A stretch of DNA of 64,000 nt from the NCBI GenBank assembly GCA_051362555.1, contig CM120645.1, positions 16,430,001 to 16,494,000 of the forward strand, read 5' to 3'. Made by a program: the position numbers and the translations under genes. Positions 49,779-62,100 of the stretch are shown one piece after another. The notes beneath the pieces are model-generated. The model was given only the letters and a program-made list of their open reading frames with translations, made no database searches and was not told the DNA's origin. Source of the DNA: Lingula anatina (Eukaryota > Animalia > Brachiopoda). The first letter of the stretch is position 1. Each line of letters begins with the position of its first letter.

Positions 49779-50111
49779 GGGGTGGGGTGTGTTCAGGGGT
49801 GTTCAGGCGCCTGGCTTCACATCTAATCCATAAGGGCGAAAGGTAAAATTAAGTAGCTTGCCGGTGACCTACTAGGATCACTCAAGTCAACCTCTCCTCC
49901 CCGCGGTACACCCTGAAAACTAGGTCCTAGCGGGCCTAGGCTAACGAGGCTCTGGCTAAGTGAAGGAAAACCCTGATATAAAACCTACCGCGGGGGGCCA
50001 ACAACCCTCCCGGTTCAAATAATTGTTACTGAAACCACAGAAACTTCTACTTCAATTAGGATCTGCGGCCATAAGTCCCACACGTGACAAAGAGGAATGA
50101 TGAAGATAATT
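49779..50111 (+). mobile_element. RTE-derived short non-autonomous retroelement
   Basis: 25-bp flanking duplication agcacccacgatcaYcgttttaacg, RTE-like gaaggaaaaccctga motif and a gaggaatgatgaaga tail. Confidence 0.6.
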
Positions 50112-50536
50112 AGCACCCACGATCACCGTTTTAACGCCGATTTAATGACACTTTAGTCCGCAAACCCTGCCAGACATTTTTATAGAAGTCTTAGGTCAGA
50201 TTTTATCGTTGATAAAACAAAATAATGCCTTTGTTTAATAAAAATATGTTATTAAGGGATTCATAACCAATAATAAAAACATGTAAACCAAACTGACGGC
50301 ACAGCATTGTAGTCCGGACAACTCTGCCAATTTTCGTGATAAACGTTCAGGGATAACGTTACGCGCCATACCGATTGCTATCTCACCTCAAATAAGAGAG
50401 GTGTTAATCAATGATCAAAGCTCAGAGTTGCCTTTGCTTATGCATTGCAACGAAAAAATAAAAACGTCTATATGTTATTTTAAGGGCTTTTTCATTGTTT
50501 TAAATCAGAACAAAGATAGATGCATTATTGAAAAGT

Positions 50537-53520
50537 TCATCATCATCATTTAAAGCCTATAGTGTTCCACTGTTGGACAAAGGCCTCAGCATGCTTTTTC
50601 CCTTGTTTCCTATCCTGGGCCTCAGATTTCCAGTTTGGCCAAGGTTTCTTCTTCCAAGACTTCCAGTAGTCATCTAATTCATCCCTCCATCGTTTGACCG
50701 GCCTTCCTCTTTTTCTTTGTCTGAACCATAGGTGATTGCCGGCAGCACACAAGCATTGAACACTTTTTTTTTCAGGCAGGTAGGAAGGTTGCTCTTATAG
50801 ATGTCATTGTGCTTCCCATATGCTGCCCATCCTGCTTTTATCCTTCGTTTGATTTCTTTCTCCAGTGTTCGATCACTAAGGCTGAACCGTTGCCCAAGGT
50901 ATATATATATACTCTTCTACTGCTTCTATCTCTTTGGTGTTGACCTTCACTGTGCAAGGGGTGGTTAGTGGTCCAAACATCACCTTTGTCTTGCTGGTGT
51001 TCATCTTTAGCCCACTTTTTGCGCTTTCATCTGCTAACGCCTGTAGCATTTCTTCGAGGTCTTTTGCATCATCTGCTACTATTATGATGTCGTCTGCAAA
51101 CCTAAGGTGATTGAGCCTGGTACCGTTATGTCCTTGTCCTGCCAGTCTAGATCTCTGAATATACGTTCCAATCCTGCTGTGAAAAGTTTAGGAGAGATTG
51201 TATCTCCTTGGCGTACACCTTTCTTGATCCTGATCTTATTGGTGGTCTTGTGTAGTTTGACTGTTACAGAGCTATCGGTGTATAGGTCTCTGAGGACGTC
51301 TACGTATCCATCTTCGATCCCTAGATCTTGCAGGGATGCCAGTATATACTGGGTTTCTACTGAGTCGAGGGCTTTTTCATAATCAACGAATGCTACACAT
51401 AGTGGAATGTTATACTCGAGACATTTCTCTTTGAGCTGGTTGACAGTGTGCATATGATCAGTAGTGGTGTACTGGCCTCTGGAACCTGCTTGTTCCTTTG
51501 GCTGCGCTTCATCTAGTTGTCTTGTTAGCCTTTCGGTCAATATTTTGGTGTAAATCTTGTACAAATTAGAAAGTAGGCAGATGGGTCTGTAATTCTTGAT
51601 GTCTTTCCTATTGCCCTTTTTGAACATTATGATCATGTTGGCGTTCTTCCATGCTACAGGAATTTCCTTCAGATGTAAGCACTTTGTGAAGAGCCTGGCT
51701 AATTCCTGAGATAGGATATCTCCTCCTGCTTTTACCATTTCTGCTTTGATGTTGTTATTTCCTGCTGCCTTCCCGTTCTTCATTTTCTGGACTGCTGACT
51801 CTACTTCCCAAGCTGTTATGTCTGGTAGATCGCATGCCTTTGTTGAGATTTCTATTCCCTTGTTGCTATCATACAACTCTCCATAGAATTCTTCTACTCG
51901 TTCTAATATCTGGTCTTGTGTGGTGAGGTCGTTTTCATCTTTGTCTAGAAGAGTCAGCATTCTATCCTGCCCTAGTTGAAAGGATCTCTTTGCTCTTTTC
52001 ACGCTCTTTCCATTTTCGATGGTCTCTGCTATCTTCTTCATGTTCTGCTTCCTGATGTCTTCCCTTGCCTTTTTCTTATCCAGTTCTGCATATTCGATGT
52101 TGTTTCTGATGTCCCTGTTGTTATTTACCTCCATTTTCTTCATCATCCGTCTTTTCTTCATGAGAATCCTTGTTTCTGTTGAGAGCTTTGAGTCCTTCAT
52201 TTTAATGGCCGGTGCGACTCCTGATACACATTCTAGGATGGTGGTCGTTATTCTATCGTTCATTTCATCTACTCCAACTTCACCTTCTAGCTCTAGTGCA
52301 CTGAATCTGTTCGTTAGGAGGATTTGGAACTTGTCTTTCTTTATGACCAGTTGCTCGATACTAGGTCTCTTTGATGGATTTGATAATCACTCCCATAACT
52401 GCTCTGTGGTCACTGCCCGCATCTAGTCTGTTAAGCACTTTCACATCCGTGAAGAAGTTCGGTCTGTTTGTCATGATGTAATCAATTTCGTTTCTTGTAC
52501 ATTCATCTGGGCTTTGCCATGTCCATCTTCTTGATATCTTCTTCTTGTAGACGGTATTCATGATCTTCAAGTTATTTGATGTCGCCCATTTAATAAGTAA
52601 GTCTCCTCTTTCATTCCACTCTCCGCTGCCAAATTTCCCTGTGGCACGCTCTTGTTCGTCTGACTTTATCCCGATCTTGGCGTTGAAATCACCCATGACT
52701 ATGTGGTAGTGGCAGACTGTTGTCAACTGACGTTCTGGTAAACATGTAAAACCAGTACTACCTGTATCATGCGGGGGGTCAGGACCCGTAAGCTTTGAAC
52801 AGCAACCTGACTAGGAGTTAGGATAACTCTACACAAAAAACACTACTGCCTTAGTAGCAAAAATCCAGCCGGATCATAAGGCTAGCGGAGAAAAACCGTA
52901 TACAAACATAGGGCAGGCAAAGCTCTTAAGTGTGTTCACACAAGTTTGCCTAGGAATGGCGTTGCCAACTTCAACACCCTCTCCCAACCCGCAATGGCCA
53001 GCGTGGGATGAGTAGGCCTAAAATCCAGCTTGAAACGACCAACAAACACACGGCCTCCAGTACCCAGCCGCACAAACGCCCTGAACTTAGGAGGTTATCC
53101 TGGTTCAGACCAGCAGAGTGCAGGAGGTGCTAAGAATCTCTGGGTCAGTAAGGATCACCGAACATCAAACCAGTGAAAAATTTCAACATCATTACTTACA
53201 ACATTAGAGCTCTGAAGAACAATGAAAGACTTGCAGAATGGGAAACTGAACTCCAGGAAACCGGTGTTAAATGGCATGTGATAGGCTTGTCAGAATTTAG
53301 GCGAGCGGAAGAACGCTTAATTACCTTGAATAGCGGACATATATTGTACCATACATATGCTTCAAATGGCCAACAAGGAGTTGGATTTCTGATACACAAG
53401 GCGCTAAGCAAGAACATCATCGAGGTAGAGCAAATTAGCGCAAGGGTGGCTACAGTCAAGCTCAAAGTGAACCAGAGATTCTCAATGAAACTCATTCAGG
53501 TATATGCACCAAGATCAAGC
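50537..53520 (-). mobile_element. RTE-clade LINE, near full length, with its 5' segment inverted
   Basis: Minus strand 52728-50537: endonuclease GDFNAK, EIDYI, SDH; RT NYRPICLL, KGVRQGD, LRFADD; RKRGRP; (TGA)n tail. Plus strand 52729-53520: 5' UTR and endonuclease N-terminus TYNIR, IGLSE, IQVYAP. Frameshifted. Confidence 0.92.
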
Positions 53521-53526
53521 AGATCA

Positions 53527-53610
53527 GGTGTGATGGCCTAGTGATTAGCACGCTTGATTCGGGTGTGAGGGGTCCCGTGTTCAAATGCTGTAGTTGCGAC
53601 TTATCATTCT
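53527..53610 (+). mobile_element. tRNA-derived SINE head (degenerate)
   Basis: A-box tggcctagtgattag and B-box-like gttcaaatgc at tRNA spacing, with no intact acceptor stem. Confidence 0.55.
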
Positions 53611-54062
53611 GGTAAACATTAAAAAATAAGATGTAGGAAAACTCATTTTCGGTATTCAATACAGAAGAGTAATAATAACTTCAGTAAATGTCTGTAACGC
53701 TAATTTCGTTATTCAACAGTGGCGACGGTAAACAGATAGCATGCCCTTCTTATTTATTTATTTATTTATTTATTTTACTTTGTTTAAATCGAAGACAGTA
53801 ACGCACCATAGGGTTTTCTTCACGCACCGCTCAGTTCGCAGTGTTTAAACGATAAATTGTCGCCTTGACACAGACTACGTGGAAATGTGAAATTTTAGAA
53901 TTTCGCTGTCCTTGGTCGATACTGGCTGTAGGAACCACTAAAGAAGTTAAATGCGCGTAGGTACTGGGATTTCTTTTATATGGTGGAGATAAACGCTCAT
54001 AGCCAGTCGCACCTCACTCCGTCCACTCCCGATTCTGGTTTCTGAGCGTCAGAACCGTTACG

Positions 54063-54482
54063 TATGGTGTCTGGTTGCCACAATCGTTTTGAAAAAACTA
54101 AATGAATTTCTGGGTGCCAGGTTCCTTTTTCGAAAACCGACATTTTTTTCGACAAACAGGATTTTTTTTAAAATCGTTTTATGAAAAATTTAATAAAAGT
54201 AAAATTTTACTCCAGTCTTGCATCGCAGGTCACCCCTTCACCTGTCCTCACCCCCCCCCCCCCCCCTCATACACACAAAGAACAATTCGTCAAAAACGAC
54301 ACTAGCTTCTCAGTGACAGAGTCGTTTTTTCGATTGAATTTAATCAAACTTAGAACCCCCCACCCAGCAAAACGAGTCACCCAAGGCCAGTTAACCCTCC
54401 CCCACCAACCTGCTATATATTTAATCGTAGACAACGAGCCCTCCTGCGCAGCGGAAAGAGACCGTGATATCCAGACACCGTA
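54063..54482. mobile_element. MITE with imperfect TIRs
   Basis: tatggtgtctgg..cac / gtg..ccagacaccgta. Confidence 0.5.
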
Positions 54483-55741
54483 GACACCGATTTGGCCTCC
54501 CTACACGGCGGTTGTTCCTGACACCCCCTCACACATACACACCCAAATGACTCTAGAAACTAAGTATAGTCATATAAATTTACCACGCTGCAGTAGGAAG
54601 GAAAAACGTATATTGTTGTGTAGCCCAAATGTTTATTCGTGCATTCTATATTTACAATTACAAGATTTCTTATCATGTCATATTTCCACACCACGGTGCA
54701 TCACAAAGTCTCTATGGTGCTCCGAAACTTTACATTCTAACCTTTTCCACAGTCTACTTTCATTTACTTGGTCATGGAGACGCTCTTACATATTATATAT
54801 TTTTTATTATTTTCTCTATAAGTATTTATTAAAAGCGAATTAGAAGCGCTCAATCAAATCATTTAATTCCCTTCATCTCAACTTAAAAGAATGACTAATC
54901 TTTATGCTGCTATCTTTTACATCCCGTTGATTGATTCTTTTATCCACACACTCTGGCTCGTTGAAATAAGACTAGTCGTTGACTGTAATATCAATTTCAT
55001 TTAAACAACAGAAAAATAGTAAAAAATAGTAATTGATTTTAATTACGATAAAAGTGACAGAGTCGTTTTTGAAAAACGCCAATAGTTTCGAATTACTAGG
55101 TTCCTTCTTTAAAAGTTTGCAGTGAATATTTTCTTGAGTTAATGAAATAATAAAAAGCATTCGCCCTACACCAACAATGCATTACATCACTGTTCAATAT
55201 TGCGATTTATATAAGGGTAGGATGCATGCTAATAATAAAAAAACACTAACTCTTAAAGTTGCGTGTCTACCCCCATGCAGAGCCAAATGACATCTCTGTA
55301 CACAAGCTAGCGTAGGTTTCTAACGGTTAGAGCTTTTCTATATAAAATATATTATATATGTGTTTCCAAAGAATATTCACATAAGAAACAAATGTTATTA
55401 TGTATAAATAGTAGTGTACAAGTCAATGGAATAAAATGGAATAAAGAAATTGCCGCTGAAAAAGCAAACCTTAAGCATTAGTTTATAACACACACACAAA
55501 CAAACAAAAACATAGATTAACGCGAATTCAAAGATGAACCATCATTAGACAAGTACATAGCATGATCTTTGTATGAATATGTGATTACCCTGTACAAAAT
55601 CTAGGAAATTAAATCAACAGCTACACTGCATGCTCTCTGTAATGAATATCATATTTAAAGATCAAAGTACCCTTTATTAAATACATGCCCCTTAATAAAA
55701 ATACGGTCACCTGTTCTGTCGTTTAATGACAATTAACACCA

Positions 55742-56161
55742 TCACACAGCACTTTCTTTTCGGTTCAGTAAATCCTGTATTCCATGCATCCGATCTCTGC
55801 AGTCTTTTATGGCGATTTCCCCGGATAGACAAGCCCTCATGGTCTTCTCCCAATATGCCTCCAAGGTCGGGTCCATTTTACCAGTTTCAAACTCTGGGGG
55901 GAAGTTGCCCTGCCTAATGCCGGCAATGAAGTCTCCAACTACAAGAATTCTCTGGCTTTTGTACACATGTTCATTATGCCATATCTCCCACATCATGAGC
56001 CCAAGGGCGTAGATGTTGGCATCAGCATCGTAAGGTTTGGTGCCATCGAGGACGCTGTAGGGGAGATAAACCATAGATCCTATGGGGGAGTTGGGATCTG
56101 GGGGTGGCATCGTGACAGGCTTGCTAATGTTCACTAACTTCACGGTTTTATCCCGCCCAGC
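55742..56161 (-). CDS. Gene B exon 8: pseudokinase C-lobe and stop
   Basis: AGRDKTVKLVNISKP...GSMVYLPYS...DANIYALGLMMWEIW; equivalent to gene A exons 9 and 10 fused. Confidence 0.88.
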   Translation of the reverse strand, partial: AGRDKTVKLVNISKPVTMPPPDPNSPIGSMVYLPYSVLDGTKPYDADANIYALGLMMWEIWHNEHVYKSQRILVVGDFIAGIRQGNFPPEFETGKMDPTLEAYWEKTMRACLSGEIAIKDCRDRMHGIQDLLNRKESAV

Positions 56162-59100
56162 CTATAAAAAATATAAGGGATCGTTCAGAATGAACTTAGT
56201 CGCAACAGCTCACTTACTCCTCGGGGACCCTCGCTGAATGCAATCAGATTAACAGACTAACACGCCTCCTCTTGACGTTGAGTAAAATACGGAGAATGAG
56301 TACGCCAGTCACGTTAGAAAAAAAGAGGATTAAGCAAGTGCTACCATGAAGTTAATGTGCATGAACTATTGCGACCTAACTCCCCTAAGTGAACAGGTAT
56401 GTGTGTAAACAGGTATGTGTAAAATTTCTAGTTATTTCCTTTACATATTACTAGGCGATTCTCCATGCCACCATACAACTATATCTTTCTTTTGGAATAT
56501 CATTACACATTACACACGGTCAATTCCACCATGTGCACCAGATTCCAGGACAATCCCCCCCCCCCCCGATAATCCCCCCGCCCAGACAATACTCCCCGGA
56601 CACCCCCCCTCCCCCGAGTTGAGTACAAGTAGAGAAAGTATTATTAAATATTTAATCAAAGTATAACCAGGTAAAGGTGGGGTAAACATATGAACAGTTC
56701 AACAGGTAAACATTTTTTAATTCTTTTTCTTTTTGTACGGCGGGAAGTGAGTAGGTGGATAGTTGTCAATCAATTAAAAGTGACATATAATCAAATGGAT
56801 ACCTGTATGAGTGAGAGAATATGTTTACCCAACCTCTCCCTAGAGATGCACCCTGGTGCAAGGCTTACTTAATCAGGGGGACGGATATTTTAACAATTAA
56901 AAGTAACACTAAATTCATCTAAATGTTACCTGGATGTATGAGATCATTTGTTTACCCCACTTTACCTGGAGATATACTTTGATAAGATTTTTAATAAAAT
57001 TTTCTTTACTTCTATTTCTGAAATTTCCTGTACTTGTATTACTTGAAAATAATTTGTTTAATGAATTAAATATCTTCTATCTTTGAGATGCATTATCACA
57101 CTAAGAAATATCCATACAATAGATTAATAGATTTGAGCTTCATACTCTTTACTTTATATTTGAATATAATTATTTATTCTTCGGGGGGGGGGAAGTCCGG
57201 GGGGGGGGGGGGGAAGATTGTCCAGGGAGGAATTGTCAGGGGGGAAATGTCCGGAGGGGGGGTTGTCCTGATACCTGTACACCTTATCTTGTACAAGGTT
57301 GTGAGTTCGCGACTGTTTATTTGTTTCTTGTAATGCTCTTTGCGCTCTGTGTCAAAAAGCAACAAAATCAAACTAAATCACAAGAGAAAGGAGAATTCAA
57401 GATAAAATTTGATATTTCTTTTTTATAAATACTCACGGTGATCATAACTGTATCCATAGACAAATCCAAACAGACGAAGCCGTTTTGTGCAGGTAGGCCA
57501 AGGCAGCCGCCAGTTGGATTAGACAATCTATCGGTTCTTTGAGTAAACATTGGACCAGCTGACCCGGGACGACTTTTCGACTACCCTTGCCACTGCTGAG
57601 GACCCTCAAACTGGTCAAACGCGGGGTCAAGATAAGAGATGGCAGTTCAGTTGTGGGGTCCAAATAAGTACCCAATATGGTAGGAATGAATCTCCTCTTT
57701 TGTTGCTTCATTTTTCTGGAAAAAATAATTTGTCCTTGTGTTATGTCCTATTTAATGTATGGTGCCAGCCATAAATCTCTACGATTAAGAAAGAAAAAAC
57801 TAAACTGAAGTAAACATAGAGAATGTTTAAGACAAGAGTTAACTTCTTATTTCTACACACCTCATTTCAATGATATCTTCACGTACTTGCTTTTCACATG
57901 TAGCCCCTTTATATCGTTTTACAGATATTTTGAGGGATTGACCCTTTGGAGATTTTAAGATGGCAGAGAAAACTTCAGTCCAGTTTCCTTTATATGACGT
58001 TGGCCCTTTAACAAGTCTGATGTCTGCTTCCACATCTGTCTCGTTATAATCGTACGATAAAAGATGTGTAATAGCAAAATCTTCCAGCGCACGGTTAACT
58101 CTGGTAAACTTCTTGACGACAGGGTCATAGGTGTCGATGAGCTGCTCTTTAGACCGTTGATCTTCTTTAATGGACTGCATGTACTTTCTTGTTGATGATA
58201 TAAGCTGTGGAATGGACTCGCGCACCATCTGTAGATGATCCCTGGCCTCTTGGAGTTGAGCATCGACGTAGGCCTTTGTAACATCACGCTTAGCCATTAT
58301 TTTCAAAGCCTCGGATGACCTATCTCGAAGAAATTCACATTTCTTCTGGTCATATTGTTTTAAGATTTGTTTCTCTTTCCTCTTCCTCACATGTTTTTTT
58401 ACGTCAACAAAAAGAAATGCCGGTGACGCAAGAAGCATACCCAACGCACCAATGGGTAAAATGATAGGTGAAAATAAACCGAGTGCAATTTTTTCACCTA
58501 GGTTAAAGTCTACAATTGACATTTTGTTCACCTCATTGTCCATTAGGTCTTGTAATTCCATGTAGGCCGCCAAATCTCTACTTTCACTGGAATCTGTTTC
58601 CGAGGACCGTTCCAGCATGTTTTCAATCATGCGCAGCTCAGATTCAATTAACTGGAATTCTCTAGTGAATTTTTTGAACAAGTCTTTCTTCAGAGTTTCA
58701 AAATGTTTTTCGTCCGTTTCCCAAGACCTGATGGCATCAATCATCTTTTACAGATGGCATCTTCTATTCTTCCTTCTAAATAGTTCCAACTAAACCCATA
58801 AGGAGCTTCGGCATTGGTCCAAGAGGTAACTTGAGCACAGACAGGATCGCTGCTAAGATATTTAGATAAAGAATCAGTAATGGTTTCACATTCTTTATAA
58901 AGATGTTCGTCTAGTTTTTTCAAAATTTCTTCCGACTTTTTCTCAAGTCTGTCCAGCCGTTTCTTCTGGGAGTTGTGCTGAGCCTCAAGTTCATCCCTTG
59001 TCAAATTGGCAGAATGAAGATACTGCTGAGCACAATCTATAGTGCGCTCTACCATATGTTTGCCCCATCTAAAATAAACATAGTATAAATAACCTCTATT

Positions 59101-62100
59101 ATGAAAAATATTTTAAACAGCCTCAGGAACTGGCTCAAAATCAGCGCGCTATATAAAAATGTAAACGCACATTACAAATAGATATTGTTTATTAACATAA
59201 TGTTAAATTGGGTGTCGTATTATTACTCAGGAACACGGAATGAGTTTACTTTAATAAAGAAATAAATAAACTGAAACACACCGGTGCACATGCTCCGTCC
59301 TTCTTTGCAAACTCACTGGAATCAGGCCCTTGATGCCTCTGACCAGCCGCCTGTAGTCGTGAGTCATGTACCCAGCCTGACTGTGCTGCCACGCCATTTT
59401 AGCAGAAAGGGTAAATATCTGCTTTGATGAATCCATGGGCCGGTTCCAGCCCTCACTTACTGCCAAATGTACGTTCTCTAAAGCCTTTTTCCTTGCGTCC
59501 TCTGGCACCAGATCCCAGCGGTTGCAGACAAAAATAGCACAGCCAGGGTCAAATATTGGCTCTCCAGCAGTATCCTTCATATCTTGAAGTTGCCGGAGCA
59601 ATTTTTGGATCTACGGAAAGAACATCAGATAAATAATAAGATAAAGATGCTATCATATGGTCTTCGCACACTTCAAATCATTTCATTTATTCTCTCATCT
59701 TCAAACGAGAAAGAAAAGGCTATCACACATATTAGATTAAATGGAACGTGTTGGAAGTGAGCTGAAAGTAATTTTTGAAAACAAATATTATTTTTAAATT
59801 ATTAAAATGTTTAAGTCAATTTAGCGAAAATATTATTCCTGACTGTTGGTGGCCGTTTAGGATTTTAAACAGTAAAAAATGAAATCAGAAAAACTTCTAG
59901 TGAACACGTGAGCTGGGATAGTGGTATAAGGCTTGTTAATGAGTATTTTATATACACTTTGACCAAAAGCCTGATCAGGCCTGGCTCAGCTCCTCTCGTT
60001 TAGTCGGCCAGTCCTCTTTCCTTCTTATTGCACAGCCTAGAGCATCTCAAAAATGCTCTATGGGATTCGAACAAGGAGAAAAGGCAGGCTTGTCTATTTG
60101 CCCGGTAGGCCATTGAAGAATTGTTGCGTTCTTTGATCCCGATGAAGCTTGTTGAAATAGAAAAAAGACCAAATTGGCTTGGTTTGATGATGGTTCGACC
60201 TTCATTATGACTACTACCGTTGGCAAGTTCTAACCCAAAAAGTATTTAGCAAACCTACTAGTATCTCAAAATTGACATGGAAGAAAGATTCTTATATCAG
60301 TACTATGAAAAAACAACTACATTTTATCGGAAAACCAAACGTGCACCTAGTAATGCACGTGAAGGCAATGAAGTTGATGGGTCCATTGTAATGTGGGTTC
60401 TTCTGTTAGGTGAAGAAAATTTTCTCTGAGTCCTCTGAGAAAAAGCTGACAACTGTTCTTTGACGACCCATCTGGTAGAGCATACGATCCTTCCAGGTTG
60501 TAGTCTTAGGTGGGAAACCACTGCCGATGACTGATCACACATATTTCTTTGACCTACCGCTGGATGATATTACGATTTATCTCAGGAAGCTACAGTATCT
60601 ACTTTTCACACCTCAAGCCTCAAACAAATCAAGGACTATATCCAATGAAGACGTGTTAAAACAAACCAACCGTAGAAGCGTTAGTAAAGTCATCAAGAAA
60701 AAGAGATGGAAATGGATTGGCCAAGTTTCACCACAAAAGTAACCATGTACTGGACACCAGAGGGACACAGAAAAAGAGGCAGACCTAAGACCACACGGAG
60801 GCTGAAACAACTGAGGAAAACCCGGGGAATTATTCAACACCTAGCTCGTGACAGAGCGCAGTGGGAGATCTTTGTCGGTGCCCTAGACGCCCGACTGCGT
60901 GAAAGTATATAGTAGTAGTACCTATAACAGCACTAGACAAAACTGACATGCGACACCAACTCCGAGTGAAAAATGCACATGACCCATCAGTGTGATCAGA
61001 TATGTTACATAACCATAAGGTAATCAAATCTAATCAGCTCTTGTGTATTAAGAAGGTAATTATTACACTTATACCATTGTGATGATAGTTAAGCTATTTT
61101 CATATTTCTGACAATTATTACGGTGAACTTTGAAATTAAATCATCTCTTGTTTTCGAAATATTCCATTATTTTAACAAAGGAGTAAGAGGGCGAATATAT
61201 TTGTATGGTGACTGATGGTCACTTATATTAATTAAAGGAAGTTCATGTTCACCCCGCAAGGGCTCTTCGCAACTTTAAGTATGTTGATTTGAATATTTTT
61301 AAGCAATACAGACTCAAATGCTTTTAATGCAATTTTGTCTGGGGAAAACTGAGCAAGTATATTTCAAGCAATATTATTGGAGAATTGAGAAAAGCTTAGA
61401 ATACAATATCAGTGGGAAATATTATTGCATTTAACTTACCCTATCTTCTTGTACTCCGCCTGACTTATCAGTCATAATGACGTAAATGAAGGCAAAGACG
61501 TCATTGTTGGCAATGAAGTCAAGAACCACGTCATCCATGACACCACTCTCACCAATACCAGGGCTGTCGATGATATACACACCACTCTAAGGGCATAACA
61601 CAATTTTGTTTATGCATTTTGTGGATACTTAATATAAAGGCGTCATACCTTAGACAATTTTCTATGAAATTACATGTACATACCAGTTCCCAATTTAGTT
61701 TCATGTCACAATTTTACACGTACATAGAGGTATATCTTTAAGAAACACAATCTATACATCATTTTCCATAAACCCTGTCTTTATGAAATACGTCATTACC
61801 TTTAACAGTTCAAATGGCAAATAAACATCAACAGTGCACTTTTCCAGTTCATCCTCCCTCGCTGCACCTTTAGGAAATAGAACAGGCTCCAAAGACGAAC
61901 ACAAATCATCAGGCTTCTTTATGGGGACTTCCGACGACTTCTTGCTGCCGTCAGGTTGGTATGTCACTTTGAATACTCTAGGTTCTTCTCCATACTTTAT
62001 TCTTGTGATCGCTGCTGTGCAGCTTAAATGGGCTTCCGGTAGGATCTTTTTGCCAAGGAGAAGGTTCAAAAGCGTGCTCTTCCCCGAAGAAGTTTCGCCT

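Noticed and set aside
53527-53600. tRNA gene
   Set aside because: A and B boxes are degenerate and no acceptor stem pairing is seen, so it is treated as a SINE head.
57483-58749. Programmed -1 ribosomal frameshifting in gene B
   Set aside because: No canonical X XXY YYZ slippery heptamer with an evident downstream structure; two single-base losses in A runs are better explained by sequencing error or mutation.
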